From positions 83,204,001 through 83,268,000 of the forward strand of contig NC_042997.1 in the NCBI RefSeq assembly GCF_006345805.1: a DNA stretch of 64,000 nt, in the 5' to 3' direction. Source of the DNA: Octopus sinensis. Its lineage: Eukaryota. Shown piece by piece: positions 1 to 9,236 of the stretch. The translations under genes and the position numbers were made by a program. The notes under the pieces are model-generated. The model was not told where the DNA came from, made no database searches, and saw only the letters and a program-made list of their open reading frames with translations. Position 1 is the first letter of the stretch. The number at the start of each line of letters is the position of its first letter.

Positions 1-112
1 AAAGAATCAGAGGCAAGAGAAGAGAAAAGGAGGATGAGTAGAGAGAAGAGAGAGAGAAGGGGACAGATCAACGTAGAATGCGAAGTAAATGTAAGAGAGA
101 GAGACAGACAGA

Positions 113-156
<44 letters not shown>

Positions 157-215
157 TATATATACACACATATATATACATATATATACATATATATATA
201 TGCATATAATATACA

Positions 216-246
<31 letters not shown>

Positions 247-303
247 CATAAATATATATATATACATATATATATATACATATATACATAATATATATAT
301 ATA
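113..303. repeat. (AT)n/(ATAC) microsatellite
   Basis: Directly visible; source of the spurious YIYI ORFs. Confidence 0.95.
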
Positions 304-304
304 T

Positions 305-1419
305 GTTGGCATCCTTTTTGTCTCGGGAGACAATGGAGTTGCGCATAAGTAGTCTAGTCCGGCTATTACATTTCACGTCCTGATACATTTCCTGTTGTGC
401 CTGTGTAGTCCTATCCTGGACAAACACTCCCTCTGGCAGGGACCGCAAATGTAGCGAAGACTGTTCCTGGCTGGTTGTAATGCCATAGTTTCTTGTTGAC
501 GTCTTTTCTTGTCTTTCCATTTCTCCTCTCTCTCTCTCTGTCACTCCTTTGTATTCCCTCTCCTACGGTACATCGCCAGTCTCCACGGTTGACGGCAACT
601 GCCTCCCAACCGCTAATATTGATGTTGCAGGCCTTCATGTCCCTTTTGCAAACGTCCTTGTAACGTAAGAGCGGTCTACCCACAGACCTAGTACCCCTAG
701 CAAGCTCTCCGTAGAGTATGTCCTTGGGGATTCTGCCATCTTTCATACGGCTAACATGCCCAAGCCATGTCATACGTCTTTGTGTGAGGAGTGCAAACAT
801 GCTTGTTATTCCTACTTGCCTGAGGACATCTTTGTTGGGGATATGGTTCTGCCATTTGATGCGGAGGATTTTCCGGAGGCAGCGCAGGTGAAAGATGTTT
901 AGACGACGCTCTTGGCGTGTATATAGCGTCCAAATTCTCACTTCCATACAGTAGAGTGCTAAGTACACATGCCTGGTAGATCTTCATTTTCGTGGTCTTG
1001 GTCAGCTTATTGTTGTCCCAAGCCCGTTTGGAGAGTTGGGCCATCGCAGCAGCTGCCTTGCCAATGCGTATATTGAGCTCAGCGTCGAGGGATAGGTTGT
1101 AGGTGACGGTAGAGCCCAGATAGGTAAACTTCTCCACCTCTTGTAATCTGTGGTCTCCAATACGTATGTTTGGGATGTCCGATGTAGCTTGACCCATGAT
1201 GTTGGTCTTCTTAAGGCTGATAGCTAAGCCAAAGTCGTTACATGCTTGCTCAAAACAGTTAATGAGCCTTTGGAGGGCTTCTTCTGTGTGTGATACCAGA
1301 GCGGCATCATCAGCAAATAGCATCTCCTTGATCAGGACGTTTCTGATTTTGGTCTTGGCAATCAGGCGCGAGAGATTTAACAGTTTCCCGTCACTTCTAC
1401 TGTGCAGAAACACTCCATC
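305..1419 (-). mobile_element. 5'-truncated RTE-clade LINE: RT C-terminal half and 3' end, frameshifted
   Basis: ORF 751-1524 has EMLFADDAAL, FGLAISLKKT and FTYLGS. ORF 411-968 continues with WLGHVSRMKDGRIPKDILYGEL and GRPLLRYKDVCKRDM, typical of RTE RTs. The element ends in CTCCATTGTCTCCCGAGAC...GGATGCCAAC and is bounded by (AT)n. Confidence 0.9.
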
Positions 1420-1480
1420 ATATATATATATACATATATATATATTTATAATAGGATTAGCTCGTATACGAGTAGGTATA

Positions 1481-1564
1481 TATTTGTAAAAAATGAAGTT
1501 CGAAAATGCTGCTATATTATACAATTTTTAATTTTTATATATACATTATAACATGTTTCAGTTC
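1481..1564. repeat. 84-bp inverted terminal repeat (mate at 5591-5674)
   Basis: Base-by-base reverse-complement identity: TATTTGTAAAAAATG...CATGTTTCAGTTC versus GAACTGAAACATG...TTTTACAAATA. Confidence 0.95.
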
Positions 1565-1897
1565 CTGAAATGAACCTTATCAAAAAAAGTTATATATAAA
1601 AAAGATAGTTCATGCTATCAAATATAAGAAATTCATTTATAATACACAATGGAGTCAGACATCATAAAGTTCATATATAGTTTGAAGTGAGTTCGTTCAT
1701 GCTATATGTTTAAAGTGTATGATGCAGTGGTTCGTGGTGGTGATATATAAAAAATAGATCAAAGTGGTGGAATGCAGTCAATATAAAAAATTGATGTTCC
1801 TGAAAGAGCGAGGAATTCATTTTTACCTTGAGCAACTGTGATGACTTATGGTGGGTGTTCGCTGGATGATTCTGGCGAATCTTGTGAATTGTTCGGG

Positions 1898-2275
1898 TTT
1901 TATAACAGCTGTTAGGTGGTCAGTCCAGCGTAGCGTGACGTCATCAACGTTTTGACCAATCGTTTCGTTAGGTGGCTTAGTCAAGCAGAACGGGACGTCA
2001 TCAACATTCTGACCAATCGTGACCTATCGCTGTATTATAACTGCCTCTTGTCTGTATCCTGTTTTGACCAATCGTTTCGTTAGGTGGCTTAGTCAAGCAG
2101 AACGGGACGTCATCAAAATTCTGACCAATCACGACTTATAGCTGTATTAGATCTGCCCCTTGTCTGTATCTTGTTAGGTGACTAGTCAAGCAGAAAAGGA
2201 CGTCATCAATATTCTGACTAATCTCTGCCCCTTGTCTGTATCCTGTCCAGTCTAGCAGAACTAGACGTCATCAAT
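1898..2275 (-). promoter_or_regulatory. Putative pLTR promoter: tandem CRE-like/CCAAT units upstream of a TATA box
   Basis: Five GACGTCATCAA units (1937, 1994, 2106, 2199, 2264; perfect TGACGTCA at 1936-1943), four GACCAATC boxes, and TATAAAA on the minus strand at 1904-1898. Confidence 0.55.
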
Positions 2276-4375
2276 TTGTGATTTATGCACCGCCATCCTG
2301 TTACGTAAGCTATTTTTTGTATGGCCTATATACTGCCTATTGCAGCCTGCGCATGTTATGACGTAAATTAAGTTCTCTGATGCGCAGGTGAAGTTTGTTC
2401 TAATGGTGAACTGGTGGCCTTGTTCCAGTATAAATTCTGATCCTTCTTTCATGATGACACAGATTCCGCAGTTGGGCCTTCCACATTTTCTAACTGCTGG
2501 TTTTGTGGTTGATGTTGAGTGCAGTGTAGCTTGGGTTAAAATCCTTTTCAAGGATTTTGGTTGCCGTTTACTTTTAATGATGGTGTGTGTTTCGAGGATC
2601 CGGTTCATCTTTGGGTCTCCCTTTAGTAGGGCTGTACTTTGTAGTATGGTGTTGAAGGCCTCATTGTTGAGTGGGTTGTGTGTAGAGATGTAGGGAAGGG
2701 TTTTTAATTGTTCTTTCTTTTTTGGTTTTGTTTGTCTCAGGTCTTCTATACTTAATTTAAGTACCCGTTGTATTGCACTGTCTATTATGGGCTGTGGATA
2801 GTTTCTATTTGTGAGTGTGGTTCTAAGTTCCTGGAGACGTGTGTGTCGGGTGTTTGTGTCTGATATTATGGTGCAAATCCTTCTAGCTAAACAAAAAGGG
2901 ACATTCATTCTAGTGTGTCGTGGGTGGCATGAATCAAAGGGTAGGTACTGTTTGGAGTCTGTCGGTTTATAGTAGATATCTGTCTCTATTTTGTTGCCGG
3001 TTTTCTTAATGAGGATGTCTAAAAATGGTAATTCTCTTTCGTTGTGATCCATCGTGAATTGTATATTGTCATTTATTCCATTTAATAGTATTTTAAATTC
3101 CTCAAGTTTCTCCATACCTTTGTCCCAGATGATGAAACAGTCATCGAGGTATCTTTTCCAGTTGTTATGTATATAGGTGGCGAAGGTGTTTCCATATTTC
3201 TCGAGTGTTATCCGGTAGAGTATTTTCTCGAGGTATCCCATCACTAGGTTGGCAAAAGATGGTGCAGTACGCGTGCCCATCGCTGTTCCCGATCTTTGTC
3301 TGTAGAAATCATTGTCAAAAATAAAATAATTGTTCTCTAAAATAAATCTAAGTCCTTCTATTATAAGGTCTTTGTTTATGCGAGTTGGGAGTTCAAAGGG
3401 GTAGTTATTCAGCCAGAAGGTGATCGCTTCTATTCCTAGGTTGTGAGAGATGTTAGAATAAAGATTAACTACGTCGAATGATACTAGAAGGGTTTTCTCA
3501 TTGACTGTTTTAGGGAGGTGGTTGAGCATATCTATATCGTCTCTTACGTAGCTTTTGATGTGTTTTAGGAAAGGTTTAAGAAGTGTGTCTAAGAAATTGC
3601 TGAGGCGGTGAGTTTCACATGCTGGCCCTGCTATTATCGGTCTTAGTTTAAGATCATTTGGTGAAGGGATTTTGATGAGTATGTCGGTGGATGTTTTGCA
3701 CGTTTCTCTAATTATTTGGCTTTTGTGTACCTTAGGGATACCATAGAACAAACTCGATTTGCATTTGAAGTTAGTGATGTATTCATACTCCTTGTTCGTG
3801 AGTCCTTCTTGGTATGTGTTGATTAATGTCCTAAGGTTATGCATTATTTTTTGCTGATTATACTGTTGGGCCCTTTCATAATACATTTCATCTCTTAATA
3901 GGGATAGCACTAAATTTTTATAATCGTTTGTATTCATTATTACTATCGCGTTGCCCTTATCTGCCTCCTTAATTGTTATTGTTTTGTCTTCTCTTAGTTT
4001 GATGAGGTCGTTCCATTCTCTTTTGTTGAAGTTAGGGCTGTGTTTTTGTTTCTTGATGAATTGAAACGGGAAATTAGTTATGTAGTCGCAATAACGGTCT
4101 AAGGCTTTATTATTTCCCTTGGTGGGGGTGTAATTGCTCTTGTTTCTAGCTATTGAGTCCTCCTCTATTTGTTTGTCTTGAAATGCCTCGGTGAGTCTTA
4201 GTTTTCTGCAGAATTCCGAAATATCATCTTTCATTTCATAGTAATTAGAACGTTGTGGGGTAGGTGTAAATTTAAGTCCTTTGGAGAGTATGCTTATTTC
4301 GTTAGGTGTAAGTTCTTTGTTTGAGAGATTGATTATCTTAATTACCTGAAGTTTCTTTTGTTTGTCCTTTGCCAT
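2261..4375 (-). CDS. PLE reverse transcriptase + GIY-YIG endonuclease (EN truncated at its C-terminus), 704 aa
   Basis: LSKGLKFTPTP, KEADKGNAIVIM, FYGIPKVHK, LRPIIAG, SFDVVNLYSNI, GTAMGT, RYLDDCF, LPFLD, YYKPTD; linker CGRPNCGIC; IYVITC...YIGHT...RMAVH. The ORF stops shortly after the GIY-YIG core, inside the promoter repeat. Confidence 0.92.
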   Translation of the reverse strand: MAKDKQKKLQVIKIINLSNKELTPNEISILSKGLKFTPTPQRSNYYEMKDDISEFCRKLRLTEAFQDKQIEEDSIARNKSNYTPTKGNNKALDRYCDYITNFPFQFIKKQKHSPNFNKREWNDLIKLREDKTITIKEADKGNAIVIMNTNDYKNLVLSLLRDEMYYERAQQYNQQKIMHNLRTLINTYQEGLTNKEYEYITNFKCKSSLFYGIPKVHKSQIIRETCKTSTDILIKIPSPNDLKLRPIIAGPACETHRLSNFLDTLLKPFLKHIKSYVRDDIDMLNHLPKTVNEKTLLVSFDVVNLYSNISHNLGIEAITFWLNNYPFELPTRINKDLIIEGLRFILENNYFIFDNDFYRQRSGTAMGTRTAPSFANLVMGYLEKILYRITLEKYGNTFATYIHNNWKRYLDDCFIIWDKGMEKLEEFKILLNGINDNIQFTMDHNERELPFLDILIKKTGNKIETDIYYKPTDSKQYLPFDSCHPRHTRMNVPFCLARRICTIISDTNTRHTRLQELRTTLTNRNYPQPIIDSAIQRVLKLSIEDLRQTKPKKKEQLKTLPYISTHNPLNNEAFNTILQSTALLKGDPKMNRILETHTIIKSKRQPKSLKRILTQATLHSTSTTKPAVRKCGRPNCGICVIMKEGSEFILEQGHQFTIRTNFTCASENLIYVITCAGCNRQYIGHTKNSLRNRMAVHKSQIDDV

Positions 4376-5649
4376 CGTGTGTCCCTGTTCCTGTGTGTAA
4401 GGTCTAAAAAATGGTTGGTGTAGTTATGTTCAAAACTACTATTTATCTGTCTCATGTTGTTATAATTGTCAGAGTGAGTTTGTGGTGCTCTGTTCTGGAG
4501 TGTGTTGTTGTACCTAGTGTTCCGTCTTAGTTCATCAGGTATATTGTGTTGGTAGTTGTTTCCTCCGTAGTGCATTTGTTGTTTGTTATGTTTGTATGGT
4601 TGGTTCCTGGGGTGGATGTTTGGTAGTAGCGTTTTGGTTTGGTTATGTGGATTGTATTTTATAGTATTGTATGTTGTGGCTCTTAGGTTCGTGGAATGGT
4701 GTGGTTGGACCCTGTAAGTGTTTTGGGGTTGGTGTAGGTAGTGTGGGGTACGTTTTAAATGTATTTTTCTGGTGTAGAGTGTGTTTGGATTTCTTGGTAG
4801 TTGTTCTGCTCTGTTGGTATGTCTATTTTCGAACTGGTGTGGTGGGCCTCTGTAGGTGTTTTGGGGTTGGTGTAGGTAGTGTGGGGTGTGTTTTAGGTGT
4901 ACTTTTCTGGTGTAGAGTGTGTTAGGATTTCTTGGTGGTTGTTCCGTTCTGTTGGTATTTGGTTTTGATTTACTTAATTTTATGAAGGGGTTGTTGGATA
5001 TGTGTTCATTTTTGAAGTTGGTTTCATAATCTAAAAACCAGATGGCGCTCTTTTCCCATCGTTGGAGGGACTTAAGTTCCTCTTTTTCACATTCTTCATT
5101 CCATAGTGTTGGTAATGTTTCAGTATTGATGTCGTCTATTAGTTTGATGACTTCTTCGTTGATTTCCTCGTCTATGGTTTTTACTTTTTCTTCATTCGTC
5201 TTAGCTCTCAGCTTGAGTAGTTCTATTTCCATCTTCATTTTTTCTAATGACATTTTTTCTCTAAGTTTTCTTTGTTCTTCTGGTTCTTCCGAGATGGGCT
5301 TGATTTGTAATTTACGGGGTATGACTAGGGGTGTTGAGTCTAGCCATTTTTGGTAAATCTCTGCTTTATTCTGATTTTGTATCATTTTCCAAAAAGCGAA
5401 TTTTCTGTTTCGCTGTAGTGTTCTCCATTGGGGGAGGACTTGGTTCTTTATTTGTAATGTTGAAGCTGCTCGGTTCTTCTCATGTGTTCCTTCTTTTTGT
5501 TGCTCTTGTTTCGTAAAGTTTGTGAAGAATGTCGTCATTGTATCGCATAGATTTTCAACTTTCTCGAATATTTCAAAGGGTGTTTTATTCGAACTGAAAC
5601 ATGTTATAATGTATATATAAAAATTAAAAATTGTATAATATAGCAGCAT
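4342..5649 (-). CDS. PLE upstream ORF1 (coiled-coil-like N-terminal half, N/Q/H/P/T-rich C-terminal half); start codon uncertain, first ATG outside the terminal repeat is at 5538
   Basis: 435-codon open frame with an E/K-rich heptad-like stretch (RKLREKMSLEKMKMEIELLKLRAK). It overlaps the RT ORF by 34 nt, with RT in the -1 frame, and contains an in-frame 138-bp duplication. Confidence 0.75.
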   Translation of the reverse strand: MLLYYTIFNFYIYIITCFSSNKTPFEIFEKVENLCDTMTTFFTNFTKQEQQKEGTHEKNRAASTLQIKNQVLPQWRTLQRNRKFAFWKMIQNQNKAEIYQKWLDSTPLVIPRKLQIKPISEEPEEQRKLREKMSLEKMKMEIELLKLRAKTNEEKVKTIDEEINEEVIKLIDDINTETLPTLWNEECEKEELKSLQRWEKSAIWFLDYETNFKNEHISNNPFIKLSKSKPNTNRTEQPPRNPNTLYTRKVHLKHTPHYLHQPQNTYRGPPHQFENRHTNRAEQLPRNPNTLYTRKIHLKRTPHYLHQPQNTYRVQPHHSTNLRATTYNTIKYNPHNQTKTLLPNIHPRNQPYKHNKQQMHYGGNNYQHNIPDELRRNTRYNNTLQNRAPQTHSDNYNNMRQINSSFEHNYTNHFLDLTHRNRDTRWQRTNKRNFR

Positions 5650-5675
5650 TTTCGAACTTCATTTTTTACAAATAC

Positions 5676-5706
<31 letters not shown>

Positions 5707-5719
5707 ATATTATATATAT

Positions 5720-5753
<34 letters not shown>

Positions 5754-5793
5754 CATACATATATATATATATATACATAATATATATATATAT

Positions 5794-5931
5794 GTTCCTG
5801 GCTGGTTGTAATGCCATAGTTTCTTGTTGACGTCTTTTCGTGTCTTTCCATTTCTCCTCTCTCTCTCTGTCACTCCTTTGTATTCCCTCTCCTACGGTAC
5901 GTCGCCAGTCTCCACGGTTGCCGGCAGGAAC
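5794..5931 (-). mobile_element. Short internal RTE fragment (about 97% identical to 463-597) with fold-back ends
   Basis: Direct alignment to 463-597. The ends are inverted: ATATATGTTCCTG...CAGGAACATATAT. Confidence 0.85.
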
Positions 5932-5953
5932 ATATATATATATATATATATAT

Positions 5954-6071
<118 letters not shown>

Positions 6072-6092
6072 CATATATATATACATAATATA

Positions 6093-6351
6093 TATCTATA
6101 CAATAATATGTTACATTACTCGATAGTCAAGATAAAACTCTGAGTTTCAGATGCCGAAGTGGAAATCCACAACACCATCTCTTCGGTTATCTGGCTATTT
6201 GAAAACGCTATGAAAAAATACCGTATTTTTTCATAGCGTTTTCAAATAGCCAGATAACCGAAGAGATGGTGTTGTGGATTTCCACTTCGGCATCTGAAAC
6301 TCAGAGTTTTATCTTGACTATCGAGTAATGTAACATATTATTGTATAGATA
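6093..6351. repeat. Perfect palindrome, 128-bp arms, 3-nt loop (CCG, 6221-6223)
   Basis: Position x pairs with 12444-x across the arms, checked by eye. Confidence 0.95.
6252..6314 (+). ncRNA. Type I hammerhead-like motif with variant core (mirror copy at 6130-6192 on the minus strand)
   Basis: AGATAA-CCGAAGA-GATG...CATC-T-GAAA-CTCAGAG-TT-TTATCT: 6-bp stem I, near-palindromic stem III, U4C and an extra T before GAAA. Confidence 0.5.
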
Positions 6352-6429
6352 AATTTCCTCTATTTACATAATATTGAGGTCTCTTTCTTTCTTCTTTTGT
6401 TATCTTACCGTTTTACCAATATATATATA

Positions 6430-6496
<67 letters not shown>

Positions 6497-6497
<1 letters not shown>

Positions 6498-6745
6498 TTA
6501 ATAAATAAAGGAGTTTTGTTTAGTTCTTTTGCAGGAGGGACTAGTTCGACCGGATCGTGTTCTATCCTTACCTTCGAAACACGCATTGAGTCAAACCAGG
6601 GACGGCTGATGAAGGGGAGTGTTCCTTGTATTGTTTGTCTTGTACTCTGTTTTTCGTTGTTAAGGGGGGTCCGTTTCCTGGTTTGTTTTTGTGTTTTCGT
6701 TTCTCGCTGGGTTCTACGTTTGTTTGTGGTGTCCTGTACTCATAT
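6497..6745 (+). mobile_element. Short T-rich non-autonomous element (solo pLTR/retrozyme-like), copy 1 of 3
   Basis: Clearly homologous to 26735-27042 and 33735-34088; shared 3' end CTACGT.TATTTGTGGTGTCCTGTAC abutting a microsatellite. Confidence 0.7.
6541..6617 (+). ncRNA. Non-circularly permuted hammerhead ribozyme candidate, copy 1
   Basis: Order CGTG-T-T-CTATCC / CCTTC-GAAA-CACG / GGACGG-CTGATGA-A-GGGG; stem I has one mismatch and one G-U pair. Confidence 0.55.
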
Positions 6746-6756
6746 ATATATATATA

Positions 6757-6836
<80 letters not shown>

Positions 6837-6864
6837 ATATACATACATATATATATATATATAT

Positions 6865-6913
<49 letters not shown>

Positions 6914-7170
6914 CATATATACATATATATATATACATATATATATATATGTATATATATACATATATATATACATATATATATACATATATGTATATAT
7001 ATACATATATATATTTATATATATATTTATATATATATATACATATATATATATGTACATACACACACACAAATATATATATATATGCATACATATATAT
7101 ACACGCACACACACACATATATATATGTATATGTGTGTAAGTGTGTGTATATATACATACATACATGCAT
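6742..7170. repeat. (AT)n/(ATAC)n microsatellite block
   Basis: Directly visible. Confidence 0.95.
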
Positions 7171-9171
7171 ATTTTAACTAGAATAAGTTATTTTCTTGTC
7201 AAATTCATGTTTCATGTGACTAACATATTGACGTTTTACATTCACATTCTCAATCACAGACTTTAGAGATCAGGCAATCCTGAAAATGTTTCTAATATCA
7301 AACCTAATCCGGTCTCAAGATATATATCTGTATGTGCGTATGTGTATTTATCCACTTAATACCGGTGTATGTGTATATATCCTTGTATATATCCTTGATT
7401 CTATTGCGAATAAACATATATATGATGTTGCTGTTGATGCGAGTGATAGGTGATTCTGGTTTATATCCGGGCCAATCCTGAGTGAATAGATTTAAGAGTC
7501 GAGTGTATGCTTCCGATTTGTTATGTCCACCATATTGTTTTAAATTCTCAGTTGGTGCTATAAATGTATTCCACTGTTCACTACTGAAATATTTACGGGT
7601 AAGGCATATATATCACATCTGATTCTCCTTCCCCTGAAATTATATGACCTGATTATAATACTTAGCTACAAGAAGTAGATATCAGATAAGTGATGCGAAC
7701 TACTAAGGCCGAATGGGCTTGGTGAGAGTCTTTGACTCACAACTCAGATGTTCAAATCACGTAGAAATGACCGTACTAAGTTCTTGAGTGCAATCCTAAC
7801 CAACGCTGTTTTTAGCCCCAGACCTCTGAATTAAAATTAAATATTACCTTTGGGACAGCAAAATAATCATTGAAATTCAATACGTTTTAGAAAAAGATGC
7901 TGGTTGTTATATTCTGTTGATTGTGCTCAGGACGATCTTTGGTGCTCATAGACTCGAAAACTGTACTGAAGTGGTAGGCCTTCATTCCCATCAGAATATT
8001 CTCATATGCCCTCAGCTCAAATGATTCATCGACCCACGGGCCTTCATACAGCATCGATAGCAACTCTGTTGAGATGGCATTGTTCATATCTTGTTTAATA
8101 TTAATGATTTAACTGAAGCCAATTACCGCACATGCTAACTAGGAATTTACATTTTATGCGGTCTTTGAAAAACTTGTTTCTTATACAGCCCTAGGAGTGT
8201 AACTATGAAGCTTGGTTATATTCATGCTTCCCCCACAACCACCAAAGATATTAATTAGCCTTACCGGCAAAATTAAATGAAGTAAACATGCCGTCGCCAT
8301 GAAGCGAAACCAGATCGCAATCTCAACCACATACTGAAACAGGCAACACAGTAGCGTAAGCGACGGGGGTCGACGGGGGCGGTACGCCCCGGGTTTCACT
8401 TTTGCGACTGCTGTAGAAATCTGTATAGGAGGCAAGGGTGGCAAACTCAAGAGCTGCTCCGGGTGGCACACGCTTTAGTTATGCACAAAGATTACACTCA
8501 TAATAGATTTTCTGATTGTTCTGATTTCTGTTCCCAACGGATTCCATCCTTGCCATTCGTCATTCTAGGGCCGAGTACCAAAGGATCCTTGCCCTTCTAC
8601 ACCTTTATACCAATGTAGTAAATTATTATTCAGAAACAATATCTTACAGATTTTCTTCTGGTCTTATATGTTCTGAGTTCAAACTCTGCTGAGGTCGACT
8701 CAGCATTTCCTCTTTCTGGAGATCGTTATAAAATACCAGCAGGTGCTGAGATTCGTAGAATTGATTGTGTCCATCCTCCACCCAAATCTTTGGTCTGGTG
8801 CCTATGCTATAAGTTTTTGTTATTGTTGTTACTATTGTTTAATCCCAGGTCAATCCTGACTGATACCCATGATCAAAGATATTCTAGCTCAGACTACTTC
8901 TTTCTATGGGTATTTAGGACTGCATTGTCTAACGCATTCCTTATTTAAAATAAAAAGGTACTAGCTGACGAGGATTTTGGCTGCTATTTCTAGAAGATCG
9001 GGCGACTACGCAAAGGCCATCCTCTGTTGTTGTAACAGACGTTGTTAATAGTGTTTCATTTTATCGGCGAGACAAAAATGTTTGCTTTTTTTTTTTAATT
9101 TTAATTAATCATTAAAATTTAGATGAATAGAAAAGACACTTATGGAGAAGATATGCTGATAAGATTAAGGG

Positions 9172-9236
<65 letters not shown>

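Larger units (their letters stand above)
1481..5674 (-). mobile_element. Penelope-like retroelement (Neptune-like): ORF1 + RT/GIY-YIG, 3' pLTR-like region, inverted 84-bp terminal repeat
   Basis: PLE RT motifs in ORF 2261-4375. 1481-1564 is the exact reverse complement of 5591-5674. Both ends abut (AT)n. Confidence 0.9.

Noticed and set aside
1937-2275. CRISPR-like repeat array
   Set aside because: The sequence between repeats is itself repeated and variable in length, the context is eukaryotic, and there are no cas genes.
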